A stretch of DNA of 39,434 nucleotides, from NCBI GenBank assembly GCA_000320545.1, contig ADNK01001910.1, positions 1 to 39,434 on the forward strand. The letters run 5' to 3'. A model generated the notes under the pieces. It had not been told where the DNA came from and did no database searches. It was given only the letters and a program-made list of their open reading frames with translations. Position 1 is the stretch's first letter. Each line of letters begins with the position of its first letter. This DNA is from Bigelowiella natans CCMP2755. Its lineage: Eukaryota; Protista; Cercozoa. Both the position numbers and the translations under genes were made by a program. Shown here piece after piece: positions 11,595 through 24,636 of this stretch.

Positions 11595-12900
11595 TGTGTG
11601 ATGTGTGTGTGTTTGCGTGTGTCAGCACGATGGAGAAGTGATTCGCTTCTATTTTTTGAAATATTACTATTCATCTTCTTCAAAAGCAACATTGTGGAGT
11701 AGTTTAACGACGCGATGTCTGCTATCTTAGACAGAATTGTATTACTTTTACTGCTTTCCGGTCTCGTGAAAATTCTATTGATTGCTCCCTTCCAACTGTT
11801 CTTTTCGGGGAGATTTGTGTTTGAAGGTGAAACACTGATATTTGAATAGGAAAACAGAGCGTCTTCGATCCCAAAAATCCGCCCGCATGGTGAGGAGTCA
11901 TTATTGATGTTGACGATAACATGACGATAATAGTTAGTATGATTTCGGATATACGCTGAATGGCGAACACGACATAAGCTGCAGTGACACTTTTTCTTCA
12001 AAAGGAAAATACACGAAGTTTGGGATCGCACACTCGTCTTGATAGATGTACACTTGCCCTACCAGGTACAGCTCCTACCTCAAGCCAAAGCAGCCGCAGG
12101 ATGAAGGTGACAAGGCAGGTGTTTCTAGGAAGCGCACACGACAAGTGCAGATCGACGGTGCTCTCCTCGCTCGCACAACGCCGAAAAACCTGCGAACATC
12201 ATCTTCATCGTCGTCATCATCCAACGTTCCATCCACAAGCACGAAAGAAACATCTGAACCTGTCGGAGCACTAGCTACTAGGAGAGTCCCACAAACTGCG
12301 GCAGAACTCGAAAGACGGCAGCATCGTTTGCCACAACCACTTTCTTCATCCGCATCATCGTCGACGACGTCGCCACTCTCGCGCAAGCCCCCGCCGCGTA
12401 CGCGGGAAAACAATCCGCTAATCCCGCAAACCGTGCGTTGTGAGATGGAGATATTCAATGAGCTCGTCTCAACACAGCCAGCGGAAAGCTGCGTGACTGA
12501 CGTCGAAGGCAAAATCAAGACAACCGAGGAAGGTGTCAGCAAGGACATAATGCGCGCGGAGTTCCAGGCTGCGCTGCATTTCCCACTCGGCTCCGACGCC
12601 CAGAACTTCCAATTAAAGAGAGCTGCTCGGGTTGTCTCGTTTGCCCTTCGACGAGTTTTAGAAGACCGTGGCGGCGGTGATAGCGGTAACATGGGGTTGA
12701 GCTTCCCGGGGCAAAGTGGCAGAAAGCAGCAGGGGCTGGAGATCTTGCGTTACGCGAATCTTCTTGCTACAGAGCACTGGGGGTCGCTTCCTCCTCGCGT
12801 CCAGTCGAAGACGCCCTTGCTACAATGGCGCAAAGCAGTGGCTATGATGAGGAAACAATTCCTGAAAGTGTCACGACGAGCATCAGCACAGACATCATGA
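4973..12900 (+). CDS. POLH-REV1: Fused Y-family translesion polymerase: N-terminal DNA polymerase eta core + C-terminal Rev1 (about 29 exons, roughly 1,250-1,300 aa)
   Basis: Pol eta half: IAHLDMDCFYCQVE, VQQWSGLIATNYAARAKGIKRG, KVTLRRYRRAS, RTSIDEAYLDLT, GFTVSAGIAVNKIVAKMASSKNKPDKQT, IPGLGGKLG, and a little finger at 7491-7983. Intron 7984-8099 (GT..AG) joins in frame to VEAPKKGQASIAFFMNK. Rev1 half: DPNFMEGFFQASRLHFIGSWK, ILHVDMDCFFAAIA, SEISSANYKARGFGIKAGM, VSCDECFLDIS, RKSVGAQLSWGVRF, KGHVGHGVCDIINR, EVRGVGISMSGL. The last exon is 12067-12900, ending in TGA. Confidence 0.85.
8100..12900 (+). other. REV1: Linker + Rev1 portion (N-digit, catalytic core, PAD with G-loop, C-terminal helical domain); no BRCT
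   Basis: Rev1-diagnostic SRLH N-digit (~8359-8380), VSCDE, and GHGVCD G-loop are present. The C-terminal LEILRYANLL...WRKAVAMMRKQF segment resembles the Rev1 CTD. Confidence 0.9.
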
Positions 12901-12909
12901 TGATCGACG

Positions 12910-13530
12910 TATGTGCACTGCGCTGCGTTAACAATAATGAAAAGTAAAATGAGTGTACTGAGGCTCTAGTACGGTTGTAGGGGTAGCTAGTGTAATCATC
13001 GTGCACAGTGCGCGCTACGTGAGGAATTTGCATTCTGCACGCGCCACAAGATGTAATTGCTGGTTGGCTGGGCTATGCTGACATGCGAGCGCATGCTATC
13101 CTGCATGGCCCTATATGGCAGACCTGCATCTAGCAGTAATCGCGAAATCTAGTGCACATCTAATTCATATATATATGCTATACGCAACACATAGCAACTT
13201 CGCATCTACGCTACGCCATGCTGCAGTTGTTAATGCAAGGCCTTGCGACGGCCATGTTTCTCATCCACACTACCTAGCATTCACATACACATCTGATAGT
13301 CTTCTTGCTAGATGGCACGGCATCCCTACATCTCTAGCATCTACCTAGTCTACCATAACTGCCTAGCTAGCTAGCACTGATTATTGTGTCTGTTATACTG
13401 TTAGAGCGGAGATGATCCATGTCTTTCACGACACCAGATGTTTTACACATCACATCTGCTTCTTCGCAATGGCCACGGGACAACATGAAGCTTCCGAGAT
13501 TGCCCACTGTGCCGATAGCACGCATCTACT
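12910..13530. other. CTAG/CATG-rich spacer between the convergent Pol eta-Rev1 and kinase-ankyrin genes
   Basis: CTAGCTAGCTAGC at ~13363; GCTAGATGG at 13307-13315. Confidence 0.6.
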
Positions 13531-13553
13531 CCTGTATATCTATTTTTCCGAGC

Positions 13554-15061
13554 TTATGGCGACCGCTTCTGCTGTTTCGAGTCGATGGCGACGACTTCTG
13601 CCCCCAACGCCCGCTTCAATTCCGTGCTTAACATGTGCATATCCTTCGCGTCTCTATTGAACACCTGGATCCGTCGCTCAATACAACAATGCTTGATGAA
13701 GCTTTTGAGTTCATTATCTCTTGCCAAGTCATAGGGAGTCTCCCCATTGTTGTCTTTTGCCTCAAAGTCTGCCTCCATGTCAACCAGGTACTTTACGATA
13801 TTCAAATGACCACGAATGGATCCCGCGATCAACGGAGTATTACCCTTGTTGTCTTTCGCCTCAATGCTTGCCTTCATGTCAACCAGGTACTTTACGATCT
13901 CCAAATGGCCCTTAGAGGAACCCCCTAACAACGGAGTCCAACCGTTTTCGTTTTTCGCCTCAATGTTTGCCTTCTTGTCAACCAGGTACTTTACGATCTC
14001 CAAGTGACCCCCGATGGATCCCCAGATCAACGGAGTCCAACCGCTTTCGTCTTTCGCCTCAAACCCGAGCTCTTCCATGAGATATCTTACGACATTCAGT
14101 TTGCCACTGCGAGCGGCAACATGGAGAAGCGTAGTTCCACTGCCCTTTGGATCTTCCATATCGTGGAGGAGATCGAGGCCATCTAGGTCCAAGATACCCT
14201 TAGTCAAGAATTGTAAACTGTCGAGATCTCCGGATGCAGCGGCCCTGAAAAATGGCATGCGTTTTTCCTCAACATAGACTAATCTCAGAGCCTTCCGGAT
14301 CTCCTTGCAAAACGAAAATACAGGGTTATGTTTTCAGGCAGGGAAGAAAAGAAGTGGAAGGAGGACCACAGAACATACTTGGAACTGCATTCTTCTCTCG
14401 ATAAGAAGAGATTTACATTGAAACCAAAAAAAACCAATAAAAATGGCAACATGGAACGGACGTAAGACACCATCCTCTATCCCCCGCTTTCTACCCTTCT
14501 CATATGCCGATTATTGTCAACAGTGTGTGGTGAGGAGAATCAAAAATACCTCCGCCGGAAAGTCCGGACTTTTAATGAAAAACTCGTGGCTCTTAATCCT
14601 ATCGATGTTCCACCTATAAGGGCAAATAAAGACGATGACGGCAAGAGTGACGGTTACAAAAAAACACAATTTCAAAGCAAAACTTATCGACGTCGTAAGC
14701 ATAGTTAGAACTAGATAGTGAGAATGGCCATGCTGCACACCTGCGTTCAGGGTCAGTTTCCAGCATGCCATCAATCAAATCCATTGCCACGAATCTGTAC
14801 ACTGCGAATTTCAGAGCCTATGGAAATTATCAAAATCATTGATATGCATATAAAACTTTGCAATTGCTTACATGTACCTTATTGGATTTGCCATTAACAC
14901 TCTCCTTCAGTTCGCTAGCATTAGAAACATGAGAAAAAAAGGAAATATCAAGACAATTCTGAATCACATCCACAATACAAAACATCTAATTATTCTCCTC
15001 TACTGTCCTTTTTCTCTGTTGACATCTACCTAATCGCCCCAGTGGGTGACGGTAGTATTAA

Positions 15062-15128
<67 letters not shown>

Positions 15129-16340
15129 GAGAGTTGTTGTTTCCCCATTCTCAATAAACTGGGCAATCGCTATTATGTAACTTACGCAAAACTGTAGCAA
15201 ACCACCGAATCTAATTTTTGTTCTTCCCTGTGAGCCAGTATGATTGGGTAACTAGACGTTCAAGCATTGTAAACAGACAGAGGGGTTCAAAAGCAGGGCA
15301 GGTGAAATCATCAAATATCAAGACACGTTTATTGCAGTATGTGTGCCGTATTGAGTGTGGCTTGCAAGTAGTTTTTAGTCCGAAAGATGCAAGAGTACTG
15401 TAGTCCTTCTTCGGCTTCTTGTGCACCGAACTATGTAGTGTAGCGATACGAAATCGAAAATATAGAAAGGAAACGAACGCCTTTGATCTCTCTTCCGAGA
15501 CTCGCGAAGACGAATTGAATTGTACGGGTTGTCGGTATTGTTGTAAATTTTCTACCCCATTGTTCCGTCTACATGCTCTAGCATAGGACCTAATATCTTT
15601 CGTGGCAGAATATAGCTCACCAGCAGTGCCTTTTACGATTAATTGCATAACCCCTCGCCTTACAAGGATCCCAAAAAGCTTAAGATTTCTTTTCCAGAAT
15701 TCCTGCGAATAATTTAGATGCAAATCAATCAGAGCACTAAAAACGACTCAAAGCCGACTTTGTAATCTATCAAACGTAGGTTTTAGAAGTAGCCATACAG
15801 CGTTAGACACTCTCATAATGTAGGGTAGCCCATATATGTCGCATCAACGTCCGATTCACAGTTTATACGCTGCATAATCAAACGTTGAAGGATGTGGAAA
15901 AACAGTGGTATATGATACATTTTGTGAAAATTGACTCTGAAGTATTTTACTCTTTTATCAGAAATATCGGTTTTCCCTCTCTGGCCATGAAATGGATCAC
16001 AGGCGCACAACATCTTAAAGAAGGTCACCTGATATAAAATCATACTTATTCGCACTTTGCAGAGAATCCCATAGATGGAGAGGAAGATAAGATGTTGTCA
16101 TTCCAGTAGGAAAGGATTCTTCCTAGCGTCAAGAGTAACGACAAGCATTCGAAAGAATGATGGAAAGAAACCCCTGCGCTGAAGATGTCAACTTTATTGT
16201 TATATTTTCCGTCTGGTGAAGATGTAATTTCGGGCGCCATGTGTCTGAAGAAATGGATAGAATATGATAAGAAACAGTTTCTAGTGATCTTGCTCGGATA
16301 TACTATTCCCTAACTCCTTTCCATCATATGTCAACACATA

Positions 16341-16379
<39 letters not shown>

Positions 16380-16774
16380 ACATAGATGAGGACAAAATTA
16401 CCCGTCAGTTCCCACACGACCTTTCACACGACCTTTTGCTTCGTCACCAAACGCACAATTCCTTTTGATAAAATTAATGATGACGTATTCAAACAATTAA
16501 CATCCAGAAGAACTTTTATCTCCATGCGACATATTTAATTCTGAGTAAGAACAATGCATCACGCAATAGGAATATCTTTCATATGTATACTTCCTATAGA
16601 TCGGAGCCCAATAAATAATAATACAGAAGCAGCTCATACCTAAATCCGCCGACTTTTAGATGCTTACCCTCTTGATGCTCACCCCCCCCGATGTAAATAT
16701 TTGATGGCTTCAAATCGCTAGATCATACAAATAGTGTAAGACAAAAATCGTATTTGTTGACTGATCAGCAAGAG

Positions 16775-16812
<38 letters not shown>

Positions 16813-18069
16813 CTTATTCTCCAGTTTAAATATCTATAAAAGACGTGATCAGCATAATGATGATATGTGTGATAAAGTAGACAGCAACGCCTTTAAATCA
16901 TTATCAGCACAGCTGAGTATTTGTACCCGCATTCCAATAAGGCATAGTATGCGAGGAAGCACATGATTACCGGTGTATTATTTTTTTCTCCTGCAATGCT
17001 TCCAGGGCCAAGACTAACTGGCGAAAGTAGTACTGAGAAAGACGAAAACCAGTAGCCTCTCTCTTCGAACATTGTATCAACTGAAATAAATTTGTTCCGC
17101 AATACTCCATTGCAAGTGCAGCCTGTGGAGTAATTAGTAGAAAGACAAAGAGATTAAAATAACCCACAATAAGATAACCTCGATGGATAATATAAATATA
17201 TTTCATTATTTCACCATTCCAATCCTCTCCCACCCAGAAAAGAGTAACAAATGTCCCGATCCATGTAGCCTTATTGTGACGTTGACCTGTTTAATGACAA
17301 CAAAGTAACAGGAGATAATTTTTTGTATTTCCATATTCTTTAAAAAAATTCTCGCTTCGAGTCTGTTACAAAGTAGGGGCAGTCTCTCAGAGTCTCCATT
17401 GCTTTGATTCCGTCCTCTGAGAATTCGTTCAACCATCTGGTTAAATGATAAATATGTGAATGTAGTGCAGTTGGGTATAGAGGCATTTTGTACGTTTATG
17501 TAGTACCTTCTCCTACACCTTCTACTATCTTCTGAGACATGTAAATAAAACCTTCAGGAACAACATTATCGGTTCAGAGGATGTGGTTGCTATTTAACAC
17601 TTATCCCTTTGATTCCTCTCGCTTGATGCGTGCGAGGTTGGAAAATATAGTTATCATAAAGGCTAGCATACTATATTTTCGCATATGTTTTTTCATCTAT
17701 CCCCTGATTTTGATGGTGTTTGCACAGCATCATCAGTTCACATTGAGGCGGCGGAGCGATCGAATGTTGTTACACTATTCTGTACTTTGGTCATGCCTAA
17801 GCTATGCGTGTTAAAATTGCAAGTAATTATGAAACGTCAAAGCTCCGTACAGTTTATTCTCCCTGGTCTCAACTGCCAAGTAAACTTTGTCAACCCTGAA
17901 GGGCGTGATTCTGTGGTGGCGGGGGATAGAAAGGTCTTGTTGAGAACAGATTTTGTGCGCGTGGGACAGATGAAGCTTACTCTTCTTGAACCAGTTTATA
18001 CACATGCCCGTCGGCCCTGAATTCACTGATGCGATCAGCATTCTGCTCGATCTTGAACTCCATGGACAT
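13554..18069 (-). CDS. Protein-kinase-like (probable pseudokinase) domain followed by C-terminal ankyrin repeats; multi-exon
   Basis: Exons give KVYLAVETRENKL, LAMEYCGTNL...YYFRQLVLALEALQEKKIIHR|DLKPSN, VGTDG|HMAPE...YNNKVDIFSAG, and MLETDPERR|WNIDRIKSHEFF. These splice in frame to EIRKALRLVYVEEKRMPFFRAAASGDL and ankyrin repeats (GWTPLIWGSIGGHLEIVKYLVDKKANIEAK). The 5' exons and start (ATG 18069) are tentative. Confidence 0.8.
13735..14060 (-). repeat. About three near-identical 99-nt units encoding ankyrin repeats
   Basis: 'tgtcaaccaggtactttacgat' recurs at ~13778, ~13877 and ~13976, a 99-nt (33-codon) period. Confidence 0.9.
15062..15133. repeat. Intronic (TG)n(GA)n compound microsatellite
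   Basis: Seen directly. Confidence 0.95.
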
Positions 18070-18899
18070 GCTGCGATGAGGCTCTCTTCAATTCGATGTC
18101 CGGTTTGAAGTGCTGCGGAATAGAGTATCTTATGGCCGCCACGACACCGCAAAAGTAACCATTCGACGTTACTCGGTCGTAACGCTCGGTCATTGGTCCG
18201 TCCGGGAATTTAAAAAGAATAAACTCGAGGAAATATCTCGGAGATTGCACGTAGTACCGGTAGCCAGATTGCTTCGACCTAAGAATTGAAAAATGAACGA
18301 CTTCCTTTTCTGGCTGCCGTTGTTTATGCCGAAAATATCGTGGAATTTGTGCCTAATTCCATCGTTCATCGGCATGGAGAGGACATCGTGCTCAAATAAA
18401 CCTGCTTGCCGTTCACCGGTCTTCTTCCGACCCCTGCCCGTTCCCCCCCTTACGTGAGCATGCATCGCTGAACGGTGCGATCAGCAAGAATGATGCTCTT
18501 GGATTGGGCGGGGCGGGACGTCTTCTTTTTGGTCTCGTGGGCGCTCTTGTTTTCAGGAGCATTGAACCGACAGTGAACTCGCTCCCCCTATCGGAACTAC
18601 CGAAGAGATCATGATCATCGCTTTCTTGATGGGAGGGTAGCCGTTGGGGGCCACGGAGTCATCATATCTATTTCCTGACGGTACGATATGGCAGACATTA
18701 GGCATTCAACGCAAGATCGCGTTTTGCATTGACTTGGGTGGCGGAGGCGCCTTGTTCCAATTGCCTTATTCACAACAGCTGCATTCCTGCCCCCTTCCCG
18801 CCCGGTTTGAAAGGTAACTTCGCACCGAAGCTGCCCGCGAAAAACATCACATCTCAACGTCCGTGCAGGTTCAACACTCTCCAATGCAGATGCAGATTT

Positions 18900-19400
18900 G
18901 AAGCGTGAATCATGATTCCTCGTTTGTGGCCATGTGCGCGCTCGTCACCAACACAGCTAGTCAGATCGCTGCCATCCCGAGGGTCTCACCTCGAAGAGAG
19001 CTGAAGTCAAAAAGTCAACTGTACATTGGAGGAACAGCGGGAGACCCGCCGTTGATTTGTCAAAACAGCTCACTAGCTCACTAGCTCATGCTAGCATGGA
19101 AGTGCATGTTTTCAACTAGCTAGCTAGTAAGAGATTACAAGATTATCATGGAGCTGATTGCACATGACCCATCTAGCCATGCTGCTAGCATGCACGTGCA
19201 TCGCATGTCTACACATGTGTGCGCGTGTATAGCTAGATAGGAAAATAGGCACAAATTTTGGGTTCACATTTGATCCTGATATTTCATGCTGCAAACGTGT
19301 CGCATCTCGCAGGAGTGATGGTTACAAAACATACTACATCTATAGACATGTCGACATGTCTATCTATTGGTGATTCTGTTCCATGATTACTTCGCAAAAA
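18900..19400. other. CTAG/CATG-rich spacer downstream of the DJ-1 gene 3' end
   Basis: CTAGCTAGCTAG at ~19116; CATGGCTAGATGG on the minus strand at 19169-19181. Confidence 0.6.
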
Positions 19401-19518
19401 GCTCCCCAAAAATAGAGCATAGACCATAGTTTTCTGTTACTATTCGCAGAAGCAGTAATTTTCGTGGTAAGACGTTTTGTCCTCAAAAAAGCCCTTGCCA
19501 CTCAAAGGACCGCCTTTT

Positions 19519-23043
<3,525 letters not shown>

Positions 23044-23281
23044 TGTTGCAAGTTCCGTAGGATTGATTTGTGTTCAGGAATTTCCGCCAGGATCCACCGG
23101 TAATTTCTAGAATTTTATTGCAATACTTGTTGTCGTTGTCACGTTTAGGCCTTGGTTTAGTCGTCGCTACATCGTAGTGGTTGTGCTCGAGAGAAACAGT
23201 AATAAAACAAGAAAAAAAGAGAAATTTATGTCGTAGACAAAAAATGGAGTGGTACACTACACGTGTCGTAATAGGCTAAAC

Positions 23282-23287
23282 AAAAAA
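23282..23287 (-). terminator. RNA polymerase III oligo-T terminator of tRNA-Lys
   Basis: T6 run on the minus strand 3 nt downstream of the tRNA 3' end. Confidence 0.8.
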
Positions 23288-23290
23288 GTA

Positions 23291-23363
23291 AGCCCCATAC
23301 GGGGCTCGAACCCGTGGCGAATGGATTAAGAGTCCATCACTCTACCAACTGAGTTAATGGGGC
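23291..23363 (-). tRNA. trnK-CUU: tRNA-Lys (anticodon CUU), intronless
   Basis: The reverse complement folds as a cloverleaf: acceptor GCCCCAT/ATGGGGC, D stem ACTC/GAGT, anticodon arm ATGGA-CT CTT AA-TCCAT, T arm ACGGG-TTCGAGC-CCCGT. Confidence 0.95.
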
Positions 23364-23929
23364 TTAATGTTTTCTTATGCACTAAAATGTCTATACAGGC
23401 TACCCGTAACACAAAAATATGCAGATTGCTCTGGGGCTGTTAGAGTTTTCTCCACAAGCGCGCTTGCGCGCAGTTTTTTCGTGTCATCGATGTCGTAGAT
23501 CCCAAACATCCCTGAAAACACCACACTCACAATCCCCTCACCCCAGGTCCGGCCAGAAACACCGCTAGACTTGTGTCTGTTTCCCACGTGGTTCTTACTC
23601 GAAAAGTTTCATTGCATCAATGCCAAGCTCAATGTTCAATTTTCAATGTAGATCACCTGCCCACTGGCCAAGCGCTCGTGGCCGGTGGATGTGAAACAAA
23701 TCCTTGTGATTTCTTTGGTTTCGCCTTGTTGGGAGTTCGCCATTGTTCATGCTGTTCATTGTTCTGGTGTTGAAGAGAACGTAGGTGAGTGTGGTCAGCG
23801 TGCGTCAGCCTTTCGAATCGAGCACTGAAAAAAACTTCGTTGACTCTTAGTCAAATGTGTTCAGTGCAGGCGAAATTCAACGTTCAGTGCTCGACGCCCT
23901 TCTGTCCTCGTGCTCATGTCCAGATTGCC

Positions 23930-24600
23930 GCGCCTGCGCGTGCACCGTTTAGCCGTGCTAGCGTGCGCTCTGGTGCCAGCGAGTGCGATTCATCCACTGC
24001 CTGCGTACGTCCCTAGCTAGCTGTGAGTGAAGCCTGCGAGATGGTTCACCACATGATCATCAGCCATGGGGGCACTGCAACACCACCTAGCCATCGCTAG
24101 ATCGATGGGCTGGCAGAAACCAGCTAGCTAGTTGCAGTCCATGGTTGGTGATGCCGATAGCTCTAGAGCTAGACAGCGCTGAAGCGCGCCTAGAGAGTTT
24201 TCCATCACATGTCTGGCGTGTGTGCACACCTCTCAGGCGATCTAGCGATGACAACAAGCTCCCTGCACCAGTCTGGTGTGGTGCTTTGACAATGGTTCAA
24301 AACTAAAATTGCAGCAGGCCTTCTAGCCCTTCTTCACAATTCTTGTTCAATGCACAAATGCTTGCGAACAGCCACGATTCATGTGTCTATCATTTCAGAT
24401 TGAATTCACATTTCACAGATTCCATGTTGTGACACGCGATCTGCATGGACATCTGGCCAGCTAGCTAGCTACATGGCTCAAATGTCGCAATGCGCAGTAA
24501 TGGCTAGATGGTCGCACGTTGTGCCATGTGAGGCGTGACATTGCGTGCGAATGTTTGCGCGCCAGCGTTGTGTCTGATGCAGTGTCTTCGATGTGAAATG
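23930..24600. other. CTAG/CATG-rich spacer downstream of the USP 3' end
   Basis: CTAGCTAG at ~24013, ~24124 and ~24461; ATGGCTAGATGGTC at 24500-24513. Confidence 0.6.
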
Positions 24601-24636
24601 ACAATTGACAATGCGATGACCATTTCTGATGTTAAA

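Noticed and set aside
13735-14060. Regularly spaced direct repeats that could be mistaken for a CRISPR array
   Set aside because: The 99-nt period lies within an ORF and the sequence between repeats is also similar; these are ankyrin codon repeats.
18400-18900. Short ORFs upstream of the kinase gene
   Set aside because: No recognisable domain or splice-consistent model; probably promoter/5' UTR.
23375-24016. Short ORFs between the tRNA and USP
   Set aside because: No motifs or coherent exon chain.
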